A stretch of 41,800 nucleotides of DNA. It comes from Chiloscyllium plagiosum (lineage: Eukaryota). The notes below the pieces were generated by a model. It was given only the letters and a program-made list of their open reading frames with translations, did no database searches and was not told the DNA's origin. The stretch is from the NCBI RefSeq assembly GCF_004010195.1, contig NC_057752.1, positions 16,241,610 to 16,283,409 on the forward strand, written 5' to 3'. Shown here one piece after another: positions 1 to 11,890 of this stretch. How positions within the stretch are numbered: position 1 is the first letter of the stretch; the number at the start of each line of letters is the position of its first letter. Made by a program: the position numbers and the translations under genes.

Positions 1-14
1 GGCACACCCTTCTC

Positions 15-113
15 ATTCCTGAAGAAGGGCTCATGCCCGAAACGTCGATTCTCCTGCTCCTTGGATGCTGCCTGACCTGCTGCGCTTTTCCAGCAACACA
101 TTTTTCAGCTCTG
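15..113 (+). mobile_element. Penelope-like terminal repeat fragment (family A) with hammerhead
   Basis: Same sequence family as 1703-1815 and 29142-29326; the 1703 copy is attached to GIY-YIG coding remnants. Confidence 0.75.
19..46 (+). ncRNA. Minimal hammerhead ribozyme motif, intact core (family A)
   Basis: CUGAAGA-A-GGGC(UCAU)GCCC-GAAA-CG-UC. Palindromic ACGU stem III, GUC cleavage triplet; stem I is only about 2 bp. Confidence 0.75.
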
Positions 114-119
114 TTCTCC

Positions 120-650
120 ATCTGCCACCTCTTTGCCTACTCTCCAAGCCTGTCCAGGTACTTTTGCTGCCTCCCAGCCTCCTCATCATAACCTATCCAT
201 CCACTTATCTGTAAACCCAGCATCACTGCCCTCAGTCCCTTCATCCAGGTCGTTAATGTATAATCTGAATAATTATGGCCCCAACACTGACCCCTGCGGG
301 ACTCCACTAGTCACTGGTTGCCATCCTGAAAAAGACCCCTTTATCCCCACTCTCTGCCTTCTGCCAGTTAGTCATACCCTGATCCATACCAGTATCTTGT
401 CCCTAACACCGTGCTCTTGTCTTATTGAGAAACTTCCCATGTGGCACCTTATCAAAGGCCTTCTGCAAATCTAAATAGATCACATTCACTGGTTCTCCTT
501 AGTCTAACTTATTCGTCACCTCTAGAAGATCACCCCTCAGCCTCCGATGCTCCAGGGAAAACAGCCCCAGCCGGTTCAGCCTCTCCCTGTAGCTCAAATC
601 CTCCAACCCTGGCAACATCCTTCTAAATCTTTTCTAAACCCTTTCAAGTT
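120..650 (-). mobile_element. CR1/L2-type LINE reverse-transcriptase fragments (degenerate)
   Basis: Minus strand of ~280-310 reads GVPQGSVLGP; downstream sequence resembles the CR1 3' region found elsewhere in the window. Confidence 0.8.
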
Positions 651-1702
651 TTGCGACATTTTACTAAACTCCAGTGGGAAAACGCAGTAAATCCTGCCAG
701 CGGAACACGTCGGTTCAACGCATCTTGCCGACTTAAAAATGGGCAGACAGTACAGTCACTATCAACGTTGCTTTACCAGGTCTTCCCTCTGGCTTGCCCC
801 ACTCCTAATCAAAGGTGCCCTCCCCGAATCGGTAGCAGCATGTCATTTCCCCTCCACCCCCCCCCCCAGCCCCATCGTGCCTGAGAGTTGGTCTCCCTCT
901 GGCTTTTACTTTCCGAGCAATGGCAAGCCCCTCAAGTCGAGGGTACGCCTGACACTGAACTGGAGTTAGCAGGAAATCGAGAAGGGCCTCATTGTCTCCC
1001 CGCAATGTTCTGCTTTGAGCAAGGTAGGGGGTGCGGGTAGGGAGGTGGTGAGTGGGCTGGCTTGTTTAATCTGCAGATCCTATTGTGTAATTTGTGCATA
1101 TCAGGACAGAGTGTTCCACAGTGGCTATTTTTACCAGCAAGCTGCTGATTATTATGGTAAATACCAGTCAGCTTTAATGACGTTTAATTGCAGCCTGTCA
1201 AGCCTGACGAGAGTCTTTGTTGCATAAGTTTCCAAAAGCAATTTCTGAATTGGCATTTCGAGAAGGAGGAGAGACTGTGAGACGTTGCAATCACGTTGTG
1301 AACAATTCCTCCTCAGCACGCCGATCTCGAAATCACTTGCTCGAATAGAAATCACGTTGGGTTGGACCTTTTTCAGTTGTTGTCACCTGTATCGAGAGAC
1401 GGTTTTCTTAAATGACAAACTTCTCGTCTCCCATCCCCAGTGCTCACACAGGCACCGATATCTCATGCAGTTGGCCATCTATTATAGGTGGTTGTCAGTA
1501 GCTATTCCACAATAAGAGGCATCACGGTTAATTCCCATTCTGAGCTGGTCCAACACATGTTTGTACACGGGCATCCCCAACATACAAAAAAAGGCACACC
1601 TGATATGTATTCATAACATCCACATGTGCATATTACACACAAGCAACATGTCCACAGAACAGGCACATATACACATACAACAGGTACACATGACACATAC
1701 TT

Positions 1703-2405
1703 CAGGAGATGCTGGAGGTCAAGGTCGAGAGAGTGGTGCTGGAAAAGCACAGCCGGTCAGGCAGCATCCGAGGAGCAGGAGAATCGACGTTTCAGGCATA
1801 AGCCCTTCATCGGCAACAAGGCTTGTGGGCCACGGGGTGCTGAGAGATAAATGGGAGAGGGGTGGGGCTGGGGGGGGGGGAAGGTAGCTGAGGGTGTGAT
1901 AGGTAGATAAAGGTGGGGGTGAAAGTGATATGTTGGAGAGGAGGGTGAAGCAGATAGGGGAGAAGAAAGATGGACAGGTAGGAGTGTTCAACCATTGGGC
2001 GGTGGGGGTTGGTGGGTGCGGGTGTCCCAGAGATGTTCTCTGAAACGATCCGCAAGTAGGCGTCCTGTCTCCCCGATGTAGAGGAGACCAGACCGGGAGC
2101 AACGGGTGCAATAGAAACACCTTCAAACGGCTCCCATCACCAGAGGAAAAAAATCCCTCTCCATCCCTATCATCATTCCGGAGAGACCATTCCCTCTGCA
2201 ACTTCCTTGTCAGATCCAGGCACCCCCACCCCCCACCAGCCCACACCCCAATTCCGGCACCCTCCCCTGCCACCCCAGGAATTGTAAAACCTGGGCCCAC
2301 ACCTCCTCCCTCACCTCCATCCAAGGCCCCAAAGGAGCCTTCCACATCCATCAAAGACTTACCTGCACTTCCACACACGTCATCCACTGCATCTGTTGCT
2401 CCAGA
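1703..2405. mobile_element. Penelope-like element (Neptune-like) remnant with internal inversion
   Basis: Minus arm ~1703-2115 has the terminal repeat, a degenerate hammerhead (1786-1813) and a GIY-YIG remnant ..RCSRSGLLYIGETGRLLADRFREHL. Plus arm ~2120-2405 encodes a Cys-rich linker PCHPRNCKTWAHTSSLTSIQGPKGAFHIHQRLTCTSTHVIHCICCSR. Confidence 0.8.
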
Positions 2406-2947
2406 CATACAACAAACAGTTGTATATGTTATATGTTGTGCACATATAACATGCACATGCTCAACATATGCACACAGATGTTCACACATAGTCCTGACCA
2501 TGCACACACACTCAGATACGGAATTTAAAGTCTGGTCTCTGATCGGAATGAGGAATTGGTCCTCTCTGGGTGAGTGTGGCATCCTGAATCCCAGCTATAA
2601 TAGTTTCTCCTGATTTACTCGTCCAATGTCTGGTTCCTTTGAAAGATGGAGGGGGGTGGGGGGATGGGTGGTGGGGTGTGGTGCTGGTTATTTTCAAGGG
2701 GAAATTTCAAGGCAGTTGCGAATTCAGAGGTAGAGCCGTGTCGTGTCACACTGCTAACTAATGTAACAGGCGAGAATTGGGAATGGTGCAGGAGCTCATC
2801 GCAACTCTCAAACAATCCCTCAAATGGGAAAGGAGTCACGATTCCAACCACATTTGTCGTACAGCTTGCTGAAGCCAGCAGTGCTGTCGGAACGCTTTCT
2901 GTTAATTACGGCGCAGGGTTCAGAGATTCAACATCATTTTAAATTGG

Positions 2948-3142
2948 GGCCACAGTGTGGATCTGTTGGGAATCTCTTAGGCACCAGTGTGGATCTGTTA
3001 GGACTCTCCAGGCCACAGTGTGGATCTGTTGGGAATCTCTTAGGCCCCAGTGTGGATCTGTTAGCACTTCCCAGGCCACAGTGTGGATCTGTTAGGACTC
3101 TCCAGGCCCCAGTGTGGATCTGTTGGGACTCTCTCAGGCCCA
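2948..3142. repeat. 31-32 bp tandem repeat, about 6 copies
   Basis: Unit ggccacagtgtggatctgttgggaatctctta and variants. Confidence 0.9.
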
Positions 3143-3804
3143 CGCTGTTGTCTTCGTTTGCCTTTCCCAATCAGTTTTTGTTGTTGCAAGTTACTCCCGT
3201 ATCTCTCCCCTCAAACATGAGTAGAATCCTGCCTTTAATCCTTAAACCCATTCACCTGGAATAACTCTGCCTGTTATTTTAACAGATGACCCATAGCCAC
3301 CTGCATTTACATGGGCATGGGAAGGATGGTTCTGCACTGATCTGCTGGTTCAACAAGATGATACGGGATTATGTTGAACTGTGAAGGATTGTGGGAAGGG
3401 TTGTTAAAATGCTGTTTTGCACTTGAGGTCACAGGGTCCTATTTTTGTCTACATTTGTTCCCTGTACTTGAGTTATTCATTCGGATCTGAAGATAACCTG
3501 TTCTGGACAGCTGCCTAGTACATCATAATCTTGGGTGCCATCCAACAAAACAATGATGAGAGCTGAAGGTGAGGCCTCAGTACGTTCACTCTCCTCTTCC
3601 CCCCTTACACTTAGGTACCAAACGCAGGAAAGGACAAAATGTTCTCACCATGGAAAGTGGAGTGTTCAGTTCAATTGCCTTTTGGAAGGAGTTAGCCCAC
3701 GGTTGGGTCCATGTTGGTGTTTCCCCTGGGGGGGTTTAGACAGACCATTGGTACGCCTACCTTCCAGAGGAACCGGAAGAGTCCACCTGAGCATCACAAT
3801 GGAG

Positions 3805-3900
3805 GGTGTTTGTATGTATGTCTGTGTGTGTGTGTGCCTCTGTGTGTGGACATGTGTGTGTGGATGTTTGTATATGTGTTTATGTGTGTACCTGCCTGTA

Positions 3901-3943
<43 letters not shown>

Positions 3944-3970
3944 GTGCCCGGGTTTGTGTGTGTGTGTGTT
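3805..3970. repeat. (TG)n / (TATGTG)n microsatellite
   Basis: Direct reading; explains the CVCV/YVYV ORFs. Confidence 0.95.
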
Positions 3971-3999
3971 CCTATCCTATTATCTTATATATACTCCTG

Positions 4000-4215
4000 A
4001 ACAGTGCACCTAACCTACACATCGCTGGACACCATGGTTAATTAAGCATAGCCAATCCACCCTGACCTACACATCTTTGGATTGTGGGAGGAAATCGGAG
4101 TACCCGGAGCAAGCCCATGCAGACACGGGGAGAATGTGCAAACTCCACACAGAGGCTGGAATTGATCCCGGGGTCTGAGAGACAGCATTGCTAGCCACTG
4201 AGCCACCATGCTACC
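4000..4215 (-). mobile_element. tRNA-derived V-SINE (HE1-like)
   Basis: Reverse strand has an A-box-like GGTGGCTCAGTGG head and the V-domain GTGTGGAGTTTGCACATTCTCCCCGTG. Confidence 0.85.
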
Positions 4216-4784
4216 CTGCATTGGCATGGAGACCAGTTTCCGAGTGAACACACACCCGCACTCCGCTGGGTAGGCCATCCCATTCACACACTGGATGCCA
4301 GACCCGGGGCTCGGATGTCGCGGGAGCCTCTTGGGGAATGAGGGATACCCTTTGAGGGACCGAAGACAACTGCTGACTCATGGGAGTCTCGGGTCTCACT
4401 CAGGAAGGCAGTGAGAACACCGAGTGTGCAAGAGGCAAAGTCGAGGTATGGGAGGGAGCTCACCCGACCCTCCAAAACGCTGCCCTACGCATGTCAGAAT
4501 GTGAGGGGCCCACCCTGGACCCACTGACCCTCAACGCCGAGGAACGGGGGTGGGCTGGGGACAGTTTCGGATTCAGCCTCTTCCGCTTCACCTCCGCCAC
4601 CCACTCTGAAGAAGGGGGGGGGGTCCTGCCTCCCACTAGGTCCCATTCAGTTGGTGAAGAGTACCATTGGGGACTCCCATCGAGAGTGGCCAGGACACTC
4701 AATCTCACCTCCCCCCCCATCCCTGTCCCCGTCCAAAGCTCTCGCTGACCAGGTGGAGTGGTGCAGAGCTGCAGCACTCATTGA

Positions 4785-5165
4785 GCACGGTGGCTCAGTG
4801 GTTAGCACTGTGGCCTCACAGCACCAGGGACCCAGGTTCGATTCCACCCTCGGGGAACTGTCTGTGTGTAATTTGCACATTCTCCCCGTGTTTGCTTGGG
4901 TTTGCTCTGGTTTCCTCCCACAGTCCAAAGATGTGCAGGTTAGGGTGGATTGGCCATACTAAATTGCCCATAGTGTTAGATGCATTAGTCAGAGGGATAT
5001 GGGGTTGTGTGGGTTCGGGTGGATTGGCCATGCTATAGTGTGCAGGTTAGGGTGGATGTGCCATGGAAAATGCCAGGCTATGGGGTGGTTCTGGGTGGGA
5101 TGCTCTTCAGAGTTTTGGCGTGGTCTTGATGGGCCAAATGGCCTATTCCCACACTGCAGGCATTC
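4785..5165 (+). mobile_element. tRNA-derived V-SINE (HE1-like), near full length
   Basis: gcacggtggctcagtggttagcactg (A box), ggttcgattcc (B box), V-domain tttgcacattctccccgtg, LINE-like tail gggccaaatggcctattcc. Confidence 0.9.
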
Positions 5166-5687
5166 TGTGTTCCTTCTCCAAATGTCAGAAAATATGAGCC
5201 TTTCAGGGGAATAAACACCCAGGTCCCTCAGCACTGCCCCTCTCCTCCATCAATGATGATATCCTGGATAATGTTCCATATCTTCCAGACAAACATGGAT
5301 TTCATTCTTGTCTCTAATGTGCCTCTTTGGCCGACTGAGAAGAGTATTCTGGAGCAGAAACTCAAACCCGACCCTGAGGTCATGGGTTGCAGGGCAGCAA
5401 TGATTATCCGTAAAATTCGGACACCTTGTGTCGGGTGCTAGCTCACCAATGGAGAAGTGCTATCAAAGATACCTTCAGGTATTCAGTAGTGGCCAGGTCC
5501 TCAGATATCCCCGTCATCACCCCCAAGTCAGCACGGCCAAGATCAAGCTGATGGTCACTCAGAACCAGAACAAGTGCTGTTGCTAAACGTCCTCTAAAGA
5601 TGGTAGCTCTGTACAGGCGACGTGTGGAGCATTGAACAGGAGCCGGTCCACTGGCTACTGGTGGTGTAACGGTCCCTGCACCGTTTG

Positions 5688-5825
5688 GTGTCAGTAATAT
5701 CAGTTATGGCACCAGTATTACTGGTTATGTGTCAGTAATATCAGTTATGGCACCAGTATTACTGGTTATAGTGTCTGTAATATTAGTTATGGCACCAGTA
5801 TTACTGGTTTTGGTGTGAGTAATAA
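5688..5825. repeat. 41 bp tandem repeat (about 3 copies; another copy at ~6904-6950 beyond a CR1 insertion)
   Basis: Unit gtgtcagtaatatcagttatggcaccagtattactggttat, containing the palindrome ACCAGTA-T-TACTGGT. Confidence 0.85.
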
Positions 5826-5827
5826 TG

Positions 5828-6890
5828 TCATAGAGTCATAGAGATGTACAGCATGGAAACAGACCCTTCGGTCCAACCTGTCCATGCCGACCAGATATCC
5901 CAACCCAATCTAGTCCCACCTGCCAGCACTCAGCCCATATCCCTCCAAATCCTTCCTATTNNNNNNNNNNNNNNNNNNNNNNNNNNNNNNNNNNNNNNNN
6001 NNNNNNNNNNNNNNNNNNNNNNNNNNNNNNNNNNNNNNNNNNNNNNNNNNNNNNNNNNNNNNNNNNNNNNNNNNNNNNNNNNNNNNNNNNNNNNNNNNNN
6101 NNNNNNNNNNNNNNNNNNNNNNNNNNNNNNNNNNNNNNNNNNNNNNNNNNNNNNNNNNNNNNNNNNNNNNNNNNNNNNNNNNNNNNNNNNNNNNNNNNNN
6201 NNNNNNNNNNNNNNNNNNNNNNNNNNNNNNNNNNNNNNNNNNNNNNNNNNNNNNNNNNNNNNNNNNNNNNNNNNNNNNNNNNNNNNNNNNNNNNNNNNNN
6301 NNNNNNNNNNNNNNNNNNNNNNNNNNNNNNNNNNNNNNNNNNNNNNNNNNNNNNNNNNNNNNNNNNNNNNNNNNNNNNNNNNNNNNNNNNNNNNNNNNNN
6401 NNNNNNNNNNNNNNNNNNNNNNNNNNNNNNNNATTGGCCCATCTGGTCCAGATCCTGTTGTAATCTGAGGTAACCCTCTTCAGTGTCCACTACACCTCCA
6501 ATTTTGGTGTCATCTGCAAACTTACTAACTATACCTCTTATGCTCGCATCCAAATCATTTATATAAATGATGAAAAGGTAGTGGACCCAGCACCGATTCT
6601 TGCGGCACTCCACTGGACACAGGCCTCCAGTCTGAAAAACAACCCTCCACTACCACCCTCTGTCTTCTACCTTTGAGCCAGTTCTGTATCGAAATGGCTA
6701 GTTCTCCCTGTATTCCATGAGATCTAACCTTGCCAATCAGTCTCCCATGGGGAACCTTGTCGAACGCTTTACTGAAGTCCATATAGATCACATCTACCAC
6801 TCTGCCCTCATCAATCCTCTTTATTATTTCTTCACAAAACTCAACCAAGTTTGTGAGACATGATTTCCCACGCACAAAGCCATGTTGATG
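5828..6890 (-). mobile_element. CR1 (HER1-like) LINE, 5'-truncated, spanning an N-gap
   Basis: RT motifs DFSKAFDKVPHGRL, GVPQESVLGP, KFADDTKIGG; 3' tail repeat (ctctatga) at the left end. Confidence 0.92.
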
Positions 6891-6994
6891 AATATGTTAA
6901 CGAATATCAGTTATGGCACCAGTATTACTGGTTTTGCTGTCAGTAATACTAATTATGTTGCTTTTGGAGGAGCCAGTATTGGACTGGGGCGGAC

Positions 6995-7315
6995 AAAGTT
7001 AAAAATCACATAACACCAGGTTATTGTCCAACAGGTTTATTTGGAAGCACTAGCATTCGGGGCACTGCTCCTTCATCAGATGGTTGTGGAGCAGGACCAT
7101 TAAGGAAGTGAAACTGGTAACCCGTTCGAAAGGTGAAAGAGTTAACAACAAGCTCAGTTTGCTCAGCTCCATCACACTGTAATCTTTTGCTATAAATTCT
7201 GTGTCTTATGATCTTATACTCCACAACCACCTGGTGAAGGAGCAGCGCTCTGAAAGCTAGTGCTTCCAATTAAACCTGTTGGACTATAACCTGGTGTTAG
7301 ATGATTTTTAACTTT
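6995..7315. mobile_element. Non-autonomous Penelope-like inverted-repeat element (family B) with two hammerhead-like motifs
   Basis: ~6995-7091 is the reverse complement of ~7219-7315. Hammerhead-like motifs at 7048-7082 (-) and 7228-7262 (+), each with a different core lesion. Confidence 0.7.
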
Positions 7316-7404
7316 CATTACATTATTGGCATTGCTGGTTATGGAGCTAACAATACAGGCAGTATACTACTGATGTCAGTAGTATTGGTTATATTTCAGG
7401 CATC

Positions 7405-7745
7405 ATAGAATCCCCTCCAAGGTGGGAGCAGACCCTCAAGTCCACACAACCCTTCAAAGGTATCCCACTCAGATCTATCCTATCCCTGTAACTCTATATT
7501 TCCCATGGCTAATCCACCTAACCTACACACCCCTGAACACTACAGACAATTTAGCACGGCTAATCCACCCGAACCTGCAAACCTTTGTGACTGTGGAAGG
7601 AAACCGGAGCACCCGGAGGAAACCCACGCAGACACGGGGACAATGTGCAAACTCCACACAGACAGTCACCTGAGGCGGGAATTGAACCCAGTTCCTGGGC
7701 GCTGTGAGGCAGCAGTGCTAACCACTGAGCCACCGTGCCACCCCC
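7405..7745 (-). mobile_element. tRNA-derived V-SINE (HE1-like)
   Basis: Reverse complement of the ggcacggtggctcagtggttagcactgctgcctcacagcgcc head plus V-domain. Confidence 0.9.
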
Positions 7746-8084
7746 ACGTTATAGCAGAACTGATTGGGTGAGGGCAAAGCTATAACTTTTCATAAGAATA
7801 GTCTGACACACCGGGCTGACACCAATCCATGTCTGTATATGTAAATGCACATGTATGTGCATGTGTACGGAATCCTCTCCCCCTGAGCACTGTGGAGGGT
7901 CCGTCACTGTGTACCTTCAAGACAGAGATTGAGGGGTCTCTACAGATTAAAAACATCTTGGGATAGGTCAGGGGCATGGGGTCGAAATAAAAGACCGTCA
8001 CTGATTGGTGCAGCAGCCTCAAGGGGCTGAATGGCATCCCCACCTCAGCCTGCTATTTCTAATGTCCTTGTGTCCTTATAAATA

Positions 8085-8185
8085 TACCCACGCAGACTTG
8101 GGGGAGAACATGCAACCTCCACACTGACAGTCACCCGAGGGGGGAATTGAACCCAGATTCCTGGTGCTGTAAGGCAGCAGTGCTG
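8085..8185 (-). mobile_element. V-SINE fragment
   Basis: Partial match to the head and V-domain of the copies above. Confidence 0.7.
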
Positions 8186-9086
8186 AGGCAGCGCAGGGTC
8201 AAGCTGGTTATTTCTGCAGTTGAATGTTGCTAGATTTGTGTCATCAGGAGCGCGTAGCACTGCTTTGATGAGGATCACAAGAGCAGAGGAATTCCAATGA
8301 TGCAGGGAAAGATGCAGGGGAAGGGGAGAGTGAAGATTATATTATCTTGTGTATCCAGGCAAAACAGCCAAACATTAATGTCACTGCGGTGAGAATCGGC
8401 AGCGATATATGGGTGATACTCAGACATTTGTTGACAATAATGAAGTGATGTGTACACAATCCTGAATGATCCTGATGAGGTGGATGGGGAAGGATGATTC
8501 TGACTGGAGGGAAGGGCGGAACAAGGGGACATGGTTTAATAGTTAAGGACAGAAATTGGGGAGAAATCTCATCCCACAAAGCAGTGGAAAAAGGGTCATT
8601 GAATAATTTTGAACTGGAGGTTGCTAGCTTCATGTTCGGAGAGGGAATGGAATCACTTTTTGGGATAGGCTGGAAAGGGCATTGGAAACGCAAACAGATT
8701 AGTCAACACCCCGCATCAGAGAGACCTGTACCCAATACAAATGCCTATCACACTGTTGGACAGGAGGGAACCACATCAGTTTGAGTCCTTCATGTTTCAT
8801 AGAGAGGCCTACCAGCCAAACACTTCACACAGCCCCGTGGTTACCAGGAGATTGTGACACACCGAGCGAGGGGGAGACAATACAAAATTATTATCACAAA
8901 CTCAACAGGACTCAAGGGGTGGATCACAAAAAACAGGTGGAAGACAATGACCACAGAAAACTGGTCAGAATTTATCATCAGCAAACACAACAATGCAGAG
9001 TGACCAGAGTGCCAGAGGCAGAGCTGAGACAGGGGTTAACATGAAAAACAGCACAACTACTCAGCACAAACACCGGACAAGTACTG

Positions 9087-11890
9087 CAGCTCACTGACAC
9101 ACACACAGGGATTACAGCTCACTGACACACACACACACAGGGATTACAGCTCACTGACACACACACACAGGGATTACAGATCACTGACACACACACAGGG
9201 ATTACAGCTCACTGATACACACACAGGGATTCCAGCTCACTGACACAAACACACACACACAGGGATTACAGCTCACAGCTACACACACACACAGGGATTA
9301 CAGTTCACTGACACAAACACACAGGGATTACAGCTCACTGATACATACACAGGGATCACAGCTCACTGATACACACACACAGGGATTACAGCTCACTGAC
9401 ACACACACAGGGATTACAGCTCACATATAGACACACATGGGGATTACAGCTCACTGACACACACACAGGGATTCCAGCTCACTGACACAAACACAGGGAT
9501 TACAGCTCACTGATACACACACACAGGGATTACAGCTCACTGATACACACACAGGGATTACTGCTCACTGATACATACACAGGGATCACAGCTCACTGAT
9601 ACACACACAGGGATTACAGCTCACTGATATATACACAGGGATCACAGCTCACTGATACACACAGGGATTACAGCTCACTGACACACACACAGGGATTACA
9701 GTTCACAGATAGACACACATGGGGATTACAGCTCACTGACACACAGACAGGGATTACAGCTGACTGGCACACACACAGGGATTACAGCTCACTGACACAC
9801 AGACACAGGGATTACAGCTCACTGATACACACACGGGGATTACAGCTCACTGACACACACACAGGGATTATAGCTCACTGATACACACAGGGATTACAGA
9901 TCACTGACACACATAGGGATTACAGCTCACTGATACACACACACACAGGATTACAGCTCACTGATATATACACACACAGGGATTACAGCTCACTGACACA
10001 CACACACACAGAGGGATTACAGCTCACTGATACACACACAGGGATTACAGCTCACTGACACACACACACAGGGATTACAGCTCACTGATACACACACAGG
10101 GATTACAGATCACTGATACATACACAGGGATCACAGCTCACTGATACACACACACAGGGATTACAGCTCACTGATACACACACGGGGATTACAGATCACT
10201 GATACATACACAGGGATCACAGCTCACTGATACACACACACAGGGATTACAGCTCACTGATACACACACGGGGATTACAGATCACTGATACATACACAGG
10301 GATCACAGCTCACTGATACACACACACGGGGATTACAGCTGACTGGCACACACACAGGGATTACAGCTGACTGGCACACACACAGGGATTACAGCTCACT
10401 GACACACAGACACAGGGATTACAGCTCACTGATACACACACAGGGATTACAGCTCAATGACACACACACAGGGATTATAGCTCACTGATACACACAGGGA
10501 TTACAGCTCACTGACACACATAGGGATTACAGCTCACTGATACACACACACACAGGGATTACAGCTCACTGATATACACACAGGGATTACAGCTCACTGA
10601 TACACACATACAGGGATTACAGCTCACTGGCACACACACACAGGGATTACAGCTCATTGATACAGACATGGATTACAGATCACTGACACACACCCCCAGG
10701 GATTTCAGATGACTGATACAAACTCAGGGATTACAGCTCACTGACACACACAGGGATTACAGCTCACTGATACACACACAGGGATTACAGCTCATTGATA
10801 CACACACAGGGATGACAGATCACTGACACACACACAAAGGGATTACAGCTCACTGATAAAAACACAGGGATTACAGCTCACTGACACACACACACAGGGA
10901 TTACAGCTCACTGACACACACACACACACAGAGATTACACCTCACTGATACACATACAGGGGGATTACAGCTCACTGACACACACACACACAGGTATTAC
11001 AGCTCACTGATACACACACAGGGATTACAGCTCACTGACACACACACACACAGGGATTACAGCTCATTGATACACACACAAAGATTACAGCTCACTGACA
11101 CACACACATAGGGATTAAAGCTCACTGATACAAACGCAGGGATTACAGATCACTGACACACACACAGGGATTACAGCTCACTGACACACACATACACAGA
11201 GATTACAGCTCACCGACACACCCAAACAGGGGTTACAGCTCACTGACACACACATAGGGATTACAGCTCACTGATACATACACAGGGATTACAGCTCACT
11301 GACACAGACACAGGGATTACAGATCACTGACACACACACAGGGATTACAGCTCACTGATACACACACAGGGATTACAGCTCACTGACACACACACACACA
11401 CACAGGGATTACAGCTCACTGCTACACACACACAGGGATTACAGTTCACTGACACACACACAGGGATTGCAGCTCACTGACACACACACAGGGATTACAA
11501 CTCACTGATACACACACAGGGATTACAGCTCACTGATACATACACAGGGATCACAGCTCACTGATACACACATGGGGATTACAGCTCACTGAAACACATA
11601 TAGTGATTACAGTTCACAGACACACACACACAGGGATTATAGCTCACTGATACACACACAGGGATTACAGGTCACTGACACACACACACACGGGGATTAC
11701 AGCTCACTGAAACACACATAGGGGTTACAGATCACTGATACATACACAGGGATCACAGACCACTGATACACACACACGCCGATTACAGCTCACTGAAACA
11801 CACATAGGGATTACAGCTCACTGACACACACACACACAGGGATTATAGCTCACTGATACACACACAGGGATTACAGCTCACAGATAGACA
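9087..11890. repeat. ~30 bp minisatellite with variable (CA)n spacer, about 90 copies, running into a gap
   Basis: Unit GGGATTACAGCTCACTGA(C/T)AC(AC)nA. Confidence 0.97.

Noticed and set aside
905..1030. Possible plus-strand exon ending at GCAAG|GTAGGG
   Set aside because: The open frame (QWQAPQVEGTPDTELELAGNREGPHCLPAMFCFEQ) matches nothing I recognise, and no clear acceptor or partner exons were found.
4604..4630. CTGAAGAAGGG resembling a family-A hammerhead start
   Set aside because: No stem II complement, GAAA or cleavage triplet follows.
4785..4860. tRNA-like sequences (also ~7680-7745, ~13125 and ~38970)
   Set aside because: These are SINE heads continuing into SINE bodies, without a complete cloverleaf.
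5253..5338. Possible C/D box snoRNA (ATGATGA ... CTGA, 86 nt)
   Set aside because: No convincing terminal stem, no C'/D' boxes, no recognisable rRNA/snRNA guide and no identified plus-strand host gene.
9087..11890. CRISPR-like constant repeat with variable spacers; Alu-like GGGATTACAG
   Set aside because: The spacers are only (CA)n slippage, there are no cas genes and the context is vertebrate. The Alu resemblance is limited to 10 bp.
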